IMG/VR virus record: IMGVR_UViG_3300017911_001818 | Coordinates: 32,003-96,002 of that record | Reading direction: 5' to 3' (one strand) | DNA length: 64,000 bases | DNA from: a virus | Taxonomy: Duplodnaviria; Caudoviricetes | Notes under the pieces: model-generated | The model's database searches: none | What the model was told of the DNA's origin: nothing | Seen by the model: the letters and a program-made list of their open reading frames with translations, nothing else | Part shown: positions 55,924-64,000 of the stretch, one piece after another | Position numbering within the stretch: the stretch's first letter is position 1 | Layout of the letters: each line of letters opens with the position of its first letter | Position numbers and translations under genes: made by a program

Positions 55924-58875
55924 ATGGCAAGAAGGATTACAGTCAAAAAGGTACTCTCTAGTATTCCAAATATTACAAAGCTCACGGGCTTTAGTGATGT
56001 TAATGATTCTGGATTGAGTGGAACTAATGGCTTCCTGAGATACGATTCAGACAATCAAAATTTTAAGTTTGTTTCTTTAGCAGATTTAGGTGTACAATCA
56101 GTCAATTCCATAACTGGTGCGGTAACAATCACAGGCGCTTCTGGAGTTTCTGTAAACACATCGGGCGACACTATTACTCTGACTGGTGCTGTAGATTCTG
56201 CTTCTGTTAATACTTTAATTGATGCTGCAGACACACACGATTCAGCAGCAGTACAGGCTCAAATAGATAGTAATCTAAATGCTTTAGACACACACGATTC
56301 AGCAGCAGTACAAGGACAGATTACAAGCACGATAAACGCATCATATATTAATGCTTTGACTATCGATGCTGATACTCTCGCCGGTAATGATTCTGCGTAT
56401 TATCTAAATTATAATAACTTCACAAACACACCAACAATTCCTACGGTCGATTCAGCTTCAATTCAGCCACTCGCCCGTGCTGCGATTTCAGCTGGAAATA
56501 ATGTTACATATGATTCGGCAACTGGTATAATCGGTACAGTCGGAACTGATTCGGCCACTGTAGTTTCGATCGCAGATTCTAGGATCAGCGCTGCTAGTAT
56601 TGGAGATCTTTCTAACGTAGATCTCACAGGAATTGTTGATGGTAGGATCCTTAAATATAATGCTTCTTCCGGTAAATTTATTATAGCAGCAGATGCTACA
56701 GACTCTGGCGGTGGAGTAACTACTGCAGATCTTGTGGTCATAGACTCCAGTGTATTTGGATCTTTATCTTACAATGGTGGGTCTGGTGTTTTTTCATACG
56801 TTGGTGTAGACTCTGACGATATTAAAACTGTAACAAATATTCCCTATGCCAATTTAACTGGCACTCCAACTATTCCTACTGTAGACTCTGCTACAATTAG
56901 ACCTCTTGCCAGAGCAGCTATCGTTGCTGGTACAAATATTACATATGATTCAGCAACTGGTGTAATCGCTTCTACTGCCTCTGGCGGCGAAGATCATGAT
57001 TCTGCCAAAACTCAGGCACAGATTGACTCTACAGTCACTATAGCATTCATTAATTCTTTGACTGGAACTTTGAATGCTGACACTCTTGGTGGCAATGACT
57101 CCACATATTATTTAAATTATAATAATTTTACTAACACGCCAACTATTCCTACTGTTGATTCTGCAACTGTTCAACCTCTAGCACGTGCAGCTATTGTCGC
57201 TGGTGCAAATATTACATATGATTCTGGCACAGGTATTATTGCGAGTATAGCCTCTGGAACTGTTGACTCTGCTGCTGTTAATGTATTAATTGCTGCCGCT
57301 GATACCCACGACTCTGTGGCAGTACAAGGACAGATCGATAGCAACTTAAATGCACTAGATACACACGACTCCGCATTAATTCAAGCTCAAATCGATTCTA
57401 ACTTTACAAACGATACTACATTCGTAAGAGTTGCTGGTGATCAAGTCACTGGGAATATTCAGTTTGTTGATAACGTACAAGCAAGATTTGGTGTAGGTGG
57501 TACTGATCCATACGACTTTAGAATTTATTCTACCGGAACGTCAAATCGAATTGAAGCAGGTGAGATTGACACACTCACCGTTGCGGCAGGAACTTTATTC
57601 TTTACTGATGCAAATCTTTTAACAACACTTCAGATTAATGCCACATCTAGCACTGATCTTTACTACAATAAAGTAAAGGTTGCTGAGACTACCTCTACTG
57701 GTATGTCGATGAACAGATTGGCAGCAGACTCTAGCGTAACTGTTGGTGGTAATGAAGTTCTTACTACTGCTAGTGATACTCATGATAGCGCTGCTGTTCT
57801 TGGTCAAATTAATGGAACAGTAAATAGAGATTATATAGTAAGCGCCATTGAATTTGAAGACGAAGAGTTCTTAACATTCGGGGACGACAGCGACTTTACT
57901 ATTACCCATAATGGGAATCATACTGTATTAAAAGATAAGGGAGCAGGTAGCCTCTTTATTGAAGGTTCTCAAATCCATCTAGCATCGCAGAATAATGGAA
58001 ATCCTATTTTCCTCACAACTGGTGATGGTGATGGTGTTAAGATCTTTGACTCTTCTGGCGATTTAAGACTTAATACTACAGATGCTGGTGTTAGTGTATT
58101 CGCAGGATTAAAATTAGACGGTAATGATGTTCTTACGACAGCAAGCACGATCGATGCTGACACTTTAGGTACAATTAGTAGCACTAGCTTCCTTAGATCT
58201 GATGTTAAAGATCAAAAGACTGCTGGTTCGCTGGTGATGAACGATGGCGTGGCCATTAAGTTTGGTACAGATTCCGATCATACCATTAAAGAAATGTCTG
58301 GCAACTTAGAGGTTAATACTGCTGGATCCGGACTTCTTAAAATGAATACTGCTGGCTTGCGGATTCATAATGAAGCTGGCACTGAAAATATGATTCTGGC
58401 CAGTCAAAATGATGCAGTAACACTTTATTTTGATGGAAACCAGAAAGCTGTCACCAGATCTGATGGATTTGAAGTTACTGGTCATTTAATCACTGACTCC
58501 ATTCAAACTACACATATTGATATTTTTGGAGAAATTACTAACAGACCAACCTCTGTTAATGCAGGTTCTGGTCAAACTATTGTAAAACAAGTTCCACACT
58601 TCAATTTAGCATGTTCCATTACATACAATATTCACATGTTTGATATCAACGGAACTACAACGAAAGGCGAAACATCATTTACCACTGTAGCATGTACTTT
58701 AGACAGCGATCTAAACACAGCATATACAGAGTTTGCCACATTATTTACAGGCGATAGCGAGTTTGGGTTCTTTGATGTTGATGCAGATTCAACTAATATT
58801 AATCTTAAATTTACTAGAAGATCCACTAGAGACGGTGTTATTAGAGTCGCCGCCGCTAAGACAATTTATCAGTAA
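55924..58875 (+). CDS. tail fibre protein with DS-rich modular repeats
   Basis: Repeats TPTIPTVDSA..PLARAAI.AG.N.TYDS, THDSAAVQ.QIDS and ADTL.GNDS.YYL; FG.DSD fibre motifs. Confidence 0.8.
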   Translation: MARRITVKKVLSSIPNITKLTGFSDVNDSGLSGTNGFLRYDSDNQNFKFVSLADLGVQSVNSITGAVTITGASGVSVNTSGDTITLTGAVDSASVNTLIDAADTHDSAAVQAQIDSNLNALDTHDSAAVQGQITSTINASYINALTIDADTLAGNDSAYYLNYNNFTNTPTIPTVDSASIQPLARAAISAGNNVTYDSATGIIGTVGTDSATVVSIADSRISAASIGDLSNVDLTGIVDGRILKYNASSGKFIIAADATDSGGGVTTADLVVIDSSVFGSLSYNGGSGVFSYVGVDSDDIKTVTNIPYANLTGTPTIPTVDSATIRPLARAAIVAGTNITYDSATGVIASTASGGEDHDSAKTQAQIDSTVTIAFINSLTGTLNADTLGGNDSTYYLNYNNFTNTPTIPTVDSATVQPLARAAIVAGANITYDSGTGIIASIASGTVDSAAVNVLIAAADTHDSVAVQGQIDSNLNALDTHDSALIQAQIDSNFTNDTTFVRVAGDQVTGNIQFVDNVQARFGVGGTDPYDFRIYSTGTSNRIEAGEIDTLTVAAGTLFFTDANLLTTLQINATSSTDLYYNKVKVAETTSTGMSMNRLAADSSVTVGGNEVLTTASDTHDSAAVLGQINGTVNRDYIVSAIEFEDEEFLTFGDDSDFTITHNGNHTVLKDKGAGSLFIEGSQIHLASQNNGNPIFLTTGDGDGVKIFDSSGDLRLNTTDAGVSVFAGLKLDGNDVLTTASTIDADTLGTISSTSFLRSDVKDQKTAGSLVMNDGVAIKFGTDSDHTIKEMSGNLEVNTAGSGLLKMNTAGLRIHNEAGTENMILASQNDAVTLYFDGNQKAVTRSDGFEVTGHLITDSIQTTHIDIFGEITNRPTSVNAGSGQTIVKQVPHFNLACSITYNIHMFDINGTTTKGETSFTTVACTLDSDLNTAYTEFATLFTGDSEFGFFDVDADSTNINLKFTRRSTRDGVIRVAAAKTIYQ

Positions 58876-60980
58876 GGAGCTATCGGGGAAAGTGAACCAT
58901 GGCAGCAGATAACAAAAACTTTATTGTAAAAAATGGCCTTACCGCACAGGGAGGTATTCAATCTGATTCTGATGTAGATGTAACTGGTGATATCAGTGCA
59001 ACTGGCACTGTTACCGGAGCTACTCTGAGTGGAAGTCTTGCCGCAACTAATCTTACTGGCAATATCGACTCAGATAGAATTACTCAAGTCGATGCCAGTA
59101 AATTAGTCGGTGGTATTGACTCTGATAGAATTACTCAAGTCGATGCTAGCAAAGTTCAAAACTTGCCAGCAAGTACAGATTCTGCTGCCACCCAAGCAAT
59201 GATCGACAGTTCTTTGGGAGTATTCGACGCTCATGATTCTGCCGCAGTACAAGGTCAGATCGATGCAAGAGTTACGCAATCTTTTGTTAATAACCTTAAT
59301 GTAGATGCTGAAACTCTTGGTGGTAATGATTCAAGCTACTTTACGAATGCCTCGAATATTATTTCTGGAACATTAGACTCTGCTCGTATTCCAACGCTGA
59401 TACTTAGCACAGATACAAACGGCAACTATGTTCAGTCTACAACTGCTGGTGGCGGTATTAAAGCTTTAAGTGCAGCAGGTGAAGGTGTAGACCAAACTAT
59501 TTCTGTTGACTCTAGTTTTGTTACAGGATTGTTTACAGGCGGTGATGGAATTAGTTATAGCACTGGTACTATTTCTCTTGACCCAACAGACAGCGCAACA
59601 TTTGAAAATATAACAGCCAAAAATAAATTATCCATTTTTGACTCTGCAGATGGTGTAGAAGTCGCTAAACTTGAAGGCGACATAGATCAAGGATTAACCA
59701 TTCATTCGCATGCGCATGCAACTGATGGTGGTATTCGATTCGTAATTCATGATACCCAAGATTCAGATTATCTTATTCTTTCTCAACCAACAGGCATTTC
59801 TGTAGTTAATCGTAGGATTAGAAATGTTGGAGCTCCTATTCAAGATCTGGACGCTGCAACAAAATCTTATGTGGATGGTGTCTCTCAAGGTCTTGCGATT
59901 AGAGATGCTGTTAAGGTAGCTACAACTGCAGCTCTTACAAGTACAAACGCCATTACTGCGATCTCATATGATAGTGGCGTTCTAGGATTTGGCGCATTTA
60001 TTGATATTACTGCACCAGCTGGTACAGGACAGGCTCTTGACTCTATTGATGGATTTGCCCTGAGTACTGGCGATAGAGTTTTGATTAAAGATGAAATTGG
60101 TGGAAACTTACCTTTCAACGGTATCTATACTTGGGATTCTGCTCGCAGGATTACAAGAGCAACAGACATGGACTCTGGTAGTGAGTTCAATGGTGGTGAG
60201 TTTGTATTCGTTCAAGAAGGTACTGTTAACGGTGGTAACGGTTTCTCACAGAAAGATAATATAACAGTAGTTGGTGATAGCGCTGTACACTTCGTGCAGT
60301 TCTCTGGTGCTGGACAAATTACAGCTGGAGATGGTATTGTTAAGGATGGCAATACTCTTAGTGTAGATCTTGCTGCCACCTCTGGTCTAGAATTCTTTTC
60401 TAGTGAGTTAAGGGTTGATGTTGATGCTTCGACGATGGAAATTAGTGGTCAGGGCGTTAATCTAAAAGATGGTGTTATTACTACTGATAAGTTTAACACT
60501 GCTGGCGGTACAGGCGTAACTGTTGATAATATTTTAGATAACGCTGGGCATACAACAGATAATATTGACGACGCTCGAATAGGTACTACGAATCAGTTCT
60601 ATAACACAACAAAAGGCGACTCTGATACTAAAGCATTAGTAGACTCTGGTTATGTGCAACCTCTAGCACGTGCAGCTATCGTCGCAGGTTCTAACATAAC
60701 CTATGACTCTGCCTCGGGTGTTATTACTGGGGTCGCAGCTTATGGAGATGCAAACGTTGAGGCTTTAGTAGACTCTGCTTATGTTCAGCCTTTGGCACGT
60801 GCAGCTATCGTAGCTGGTGCGAACATTAACTACGATTCGGGAACAGGCGTTATCAGTGGAGCTGCATCTTATGGTGATGCAGATGTTACTGCTCTTGTTG
60901 ACTCGGCTTATGTACAACCTCTTGCTCGAGCTGCGCTTGTAGCTGGTACGAATGTTACTTTTGATTCTGGCTCTGGTCGA
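56428..60980 (+). repeat. about 30-aa module VDS....PLARAA..AG.N..(Y/F)DS present three times in each of the two fibre genes
   Basis: Copies near 56430, 56865, 57140, 60640, 60770 and 60900 (approximate). Confidence 0.85.
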
Positions 60981-61352
60981 GTTGATTTACCTGCTAGTGT
61001 AGCAATTACAACAGGATTAACCGTAGGCGGTAATAGCGTTCTGACTACAGCCGATGAAGGTACTGGTAATGGGATTGATGCTGACACAGTAGATGGACTT
61101 GAAGCTGGTGCATTCTTAAGAAGTGGTGCAACTGATGCTTATGAAACTGGCACTTTAACATTTAACAGCGGAACAACGCTGACAGCAGCAGATGGAGCTA
61201 CGATCAATTTCGAAGGTGCGTCAGTTCCATTTACTGTAGCAAGCGGAACTAGCACAGTAACACACCTAGATGCAGATAAATTGGACGGTCAGCATGGTTC
61301 TTACTACAGAATTGATATTCTTGATTCTACAGGTACCACTTTGAATGTTTAA
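58899..61352 (+). CDS. tail fibre protein with DS-rich modular repeats
   Basis: NFIVKNGL, DAATKSYVD, GDRVL.KD....NGIY, FV.EGT.N, QFSGAGQITAG.G, DAD.LDG. Confidence 0.82.
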   Translation: MAADNKNFIVKNGLTAQGGIQSDSDVDVTGDISATGTVTGATLSGSLAATNLTGNIDSDRITQVDASKLVGGIDSDRITQVDASKVQNLPASTDSAATQAMIDSSLGVFDAHDSAAVQGQIDARVTQSFVNNLNVDAETLGGNDSSYFTNASNIISGTLDSARIPTLILSTDTNGNYVQSTTAGGGIKALSAAGEGVDQTISVDSSFVTGLFTGGDGISYSTGTISLDPTDSATFENITAKNKLSIFDSADGVEVAKLEGDIDQGLTIHSHAHATDGGIRFVIHDTQDSDYLILSQPTGISVVNRRIRNVGAPIQDLDAATKSYVDGVSQGLAIRDAVKVATTAALTSTNAITAISYDSGVLGFGAFIDITAPAGTGQALDSIDGFALSTGDRVLIKDEIGGNLPFNGIYTWDSARRITRATDMDSGSEFNGGEFVFVQEGTVNGGNGFSQKDNITVVGDSAVHFVQFSGAGQITAGDGIVKDGNTLSVDLAATSGLEFFSSELRVDVDASTMEISGQGVNLKDGVITTDKFNTAGGTGVTVDNILDNAGHTTDNIDDARIGTTNQFYNTTKGDSDTKALVDSGYVQPLARAAIVAGSNITYDSASGVITGVAAYGDANVEALVDSAYVQPLARAAIVAGANINYDSGTGVISGAASYGDADVTALVDSAYVQPLARAALVAGTNVTFDSGSGRVDLPASVAITTGLTVGGNSVLTTADEGTGNGIDADTVDGLEAGAFLRSGATDAYETGTLTFNSGTTLTAADGATINFEGASVPFTVASGTSTVTHLDADKLDGQHGSYYRIDILDSTGTTLNV

Positions 61353-61362
61353 GGAAATATAA

Positions 61363-62118
61363 ATGGCGAATCCATCTACAAGACAAGGCTTGATTGACTA
61401 CTGTAAGCGAAAGCTTGGCGATCCAGTTATTGAGATTAACGTTGAAGAATCTCAATTAGAAGATCGAGTAGATGAGGCTATTCAATTTTATCGTGAGTAT
61501 AACTCTGATGCATTATTAAGAACTTATGTCAAACACCTCGTTACTGCTGATGATGTAACGAATGGGTACATTACACTTAACGATAATATTTTCTTTGTGA
61601 AAAGATTATTCCCAGTAAATGCTTCTGGAACAACATCATCTAACTTCTTTGATCTAAAGTATCAATTATCTCTAAATGAACTTTACGATTTAAATACATT
61701 TATTGGTGACTTGGCTTACTATGAGCAGATGCGTCAATACGTATCATTGCTTGACATGAAGTTAAACGGTCATCCTCAGACGACATTCAGCCGTAATCAA
61801 AATAGACTTTACATTCATGGCGAGTTTGAAGAACAAGAAATTAAAGCAGGCAACTATCTTGTAATCGAGGTGTTTCAAGCTATCGACCCTGATTCGTTTA
61901 CAGATGTTTATAATGATATTTTTTTAAAGGATTATTTAACTCAGCTGATTAAACAGCAGTGGGGCGCTAACCTGATTAAGTTTGAAGGTATGCAGCTTCC
62001 TGGTGGTGTGCAGCTTAATGGTAGACAACTTTATGATGATGCAACACAAGAGCTGGAGAGATTGAGGGAAGAGGTTAGACTTACTCATGAAATGCCAGTT
62101 GACTTCTTTTTGGGATAA
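61363..62118 (+). CDS. gp13: neck protein gp13
   Basis: R..LIDYC.R.LG.PVIEINV...Q..DR.DEA, KQQWG.NL.KF.G.QLPGGV.LNG. Confidence 0.95.
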   Translation: MANPSTRQGLIDYCKRKLGDPVIEINVEESQLEDRVDEAIQFYREYNSDALLRTYVKHLVTADDVTNGYITLNDNIFFVKRLFPVNASGTTSSNFFDLKYQLSLNELYDLNTFIGDLAYYEQMRQYVSLLDMKLNGHPQTTFSRNQNRLYIHGEFEEQEIKAGNYLVIEVFQAIDPDSFTDVYNDIFLKDYLTQLIKQQWGANLIKFEGMQLPGGVQLNGRQLYDDATQELERLREEVRLTHEMPVDFFLG

Positions 62119-62121
62119 ACA

Positions 62122-62994
62122 ATGGCTAGAAATCCGTACATTTCACAAACAGTACGCTCTGAACAAAACCTTTATGAAGATATTATTATCGAATCTCTTA
62201 AGATTTATGGTCAGGAAGTAGAGTATTTGCCGAGAACATTGGTCGCTGAAGATGTAATCTTTGGTGAAGATGTCGTCTCAAGGTTTGATGATGCATATAC
62301 TATTGAAATGTACTTAGAAAATACTGATGGATTTGAAGGTGATCAAGACCTATTCACAAAGTTTGGTGTAGAAATACGGGATAGGGCTACGATGCATGTC
62401 TCTCGTCGTAGATGGGATACTGTTGTTGGAGCGAATGTAGATAACAATAGGCCGAATGAAGGCGATTTAATTTATCTTCCGCTTTCAGACCAAGTATTTG
62501 AAATTATGAGAGTTGTGGACGATAAACCATTCTATCAACTCTCTAATCTACCAACATATAAACTTGACATCGAACTCTTTGAATACAATGACGAAGACTT
62601 TGATACTGGAGTTGAGGTAATTGATGAGCTTGAGGCGCTGGGTAATGTGATTAAGCTTACTCTGAATGCTTCGGATTCTGATGATCTTCAGATTGGAGAG
62701 AATATTCAATATCTGGTCGATAGTGCTGGTGGCCCGAAACTTGTCGCAGAGATTGTAAACTGGGATGCTTCGACTAATATCCTTGAAGTTGCTCATATTG
62801 GCTCTACAGACGGTAAGTTTAGAACATTCTCGGCTGGCACTTCTATTACCTCAGTTACCTCAGATATTACGAAAACAATCTCTGCGATTAATGAAGAATT
62901 ACAACAGGCTAATAGTCAGAATGCCTCCTTTGAAACTACAGGAGATGATATTATTGACTTCAGCGAAGGTAACCCATTTGGTGAGGTGACATAA
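62122..62994 (+). CDS. gp14: neck protein gp14
   Basis: SEQ.LYED.I.ES..IYG, GED..S.F, KFG.E..D, RP.EGDLIY.P, PFYQL, DFSE.NPFGE. Confidence 0.95.
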   Translation: MARNPYISQTVRSEQNLYEDIIIESLKIYGQEVEYLPRTLVAEDVIFGEDVVSRFDDAYTIEMYLENTDGFEGDQDLFTKFGVEIRDRATMHVSRRRWDTVVGANVDNNRPNEGDLIYLPLSDQVFEIMRVVDDKPFYQLSNLPTYKLDIELFEYNDEDFDTGVEVIDELEALGNVIKLTLNASDSDDLQIGENIQYLVDSAGGPKLVAEIVNWDASTNILEVAHIGSTDGKFRTFSAGTSITSVTSDITKTISAINEELQQANSQNASFETTGDDIIDFSEGNPFGEVT

Positions 62995-63782
62995 TGTTTA
63001 ATCAGCACTTCTATCACGAAAAGATTAGAAAATGTGTAGCAGTATTTGGTACGCTGTTTAACAATCTCTATGTGCTTCGTAAGGACTCCTCTGGTGCTGT
63101 TATTAGCCAGATAAAGGTTCCGCTGAGCTATGCCCCAAAACAAAAGTTTTTAGAGCGTATTCGTGAAACAGAAAATTTATCTGACGCTAAGTTAGCGGTC
63201 AAATTACCAAGGATGTCTTTCGAGATCTCCTCAATGTATTTTGACCCAAGTAGACAGTTACCAAAAGTCAATAACTTTACTCGCCTCGTTTCTACAGATA
63301 CTGGTGTTAGAACAAAGTTCTTCACAGCTGTACCTTATGTTATCAACTTTCAACTGAATATTCTTGGCAAGACAAATGAAGACGTAGTTCAGATTGTAGA
63401 ACAAATCCTACCGTTCTTTAATCCTTCTTATACTATTACAATGAAACCATTTAGCGATTATTCTGATATCACTGAAGACTTACCTATCTCTCTGATTGGT
63501 ATTAGTTTCTCTGATGATTATGAAGGGCAGTTAGAGAATAGAAGAACAATTACTTACACCTTAGACTTTGAAATTAAAACGCAGTTCTTTGGTCCGATTG
63601 CTGATAAAAAGATTATTCGCAAGGCTATTGTTGACCTAAAAGACTCTGACACTAATGGCATCATTGAACACTTTGAACGTATTACCGTTGTCCCAGATCC
63701 TGTTTCGCTAAATATTATTGGAGATAGTGACTTTGACACCACAACAACGTTCTTGTATCCAGGTGAAGGCGATAGTATCTAA
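62994..63782 (+). CDS. gp15: tail sheath stabilizer/terminator gp15
   Basis: FYHE.IRK....FGTLFN, VPL.Y.PK.KFL.R, LPRMSFE, QI.EQILP.F.P, DDYEG. Confidence 0.95.
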   Translation: MFNQHFYHEKIRKCVAVFGTLFNNLYVLRKDSSGAVISQIKVPLSYAPKQKFLERIRETENLSDAKLAVKLPRMSFEISSMYFDPSRQLPKVNNFTRLVSTDTGVRTKFFTAVPYVINFQLNILGKTNEDVVQIVEQILPFFNPSYTITMKPFSDYSDITEDLPISLIGISFSDDYEGQLENRRTITYTLDFEIKTQFFGPIADKKIIRKAIVDLKDSDTNGIIEHFERITVVPDPVSLNIIGDSDFDTTTTFLYPGEGDSI

Positions 63783-64000
63783 TGGCAGCATCGAGGTATT
63801 TTGATAACTCACAATTAGCTGAAGGCATTCGTATTGCGAACGGTCAGACCAAAGGCGTTTCACATATTCATAAGTTTGGATTCAATGCTGACATTGATGC
63901 CGCCTATGAAATTATCTGGGAGCAAGGTGGAGCGCTAACTTATCCCACTACTGCTGCTGTCGCTAGTATCAATAGTGCTAGTTCTAATAGTGGCACAGAG
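63782..64000 (+). CDS. 3'-truncated hypothetical (probably virion) protein
   Basis: TAATG coupling with gp15; MAASRYFD...HIHKFGFN...EIIWEQGG; open to the window end. Confidence 0.65.
   Translation, partial: MAASRYFDNSQLAEGIRIANGQTKGVSHIHKFGFNADIDAAYEIIWEQGGALTYPTTAAVASINSASSNSGTE

Noticed and set aside
1-64000. tRNA genes, introns/inteins, integrase, diversity-generating retroelement, stop-codon reassignment
   Set aside because: No cloverleaf, homing endonuclease, intein, recombinase or reverse transcriptase motifs were recognised by eye; TAG, TGA and TAA all end conserved genes at expected positions

Overview
A 64-kb segment of a large T4-like myovirus genome. It is AT-rich and probably aquatic or marine, but the host cannot be determined from the sequence. 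Five blocks are visible. (1) 1-14.75 kb: about 19 tightly packed glycan-synthesis and modification genes (glycosyltransferases, methyltransferases, UDP-sugar dehydrogenase, two radical SAM enzymes, a KdsB-like CMP-sugar synthetase). (2) 14.8-18.8 kb: a GC-richer module of small early genes driven by three near-identical hairpin-containing sigma70 promoter cassettes. (3) 18.8-28.7 kb: a Pro-rich adhesin-like gene followed by a KpsS/KpsC-like transferase and four Fe(II)/2OG or JmjC oxygenases, then guaC, gp33 and gp32. (4) 28.7-33.3 kb, minus strand: gp4, sulfotransferase, gp2, tube-fold gene, gp26/gp51 and tape measure. (5) 33.3-64 kb: baseplate, fibre and neck genes with T4 late promoters (TATAAATA). 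The main candidate for a new system is phage-encoded post-translational decoration of the virion: strongly enriched Asp-Ser motifs in fibres and baseplate, plus two repeat-protein + hydroxylase + glycosyltransferase cassettes, one built around a mirror-symmetric polyproline hairpin. A second candidate is a lambda G/GT-type -1 frameshift fusing gp26 to gp51. All family assignments come from motif recognition by eye, and all counts are manual.
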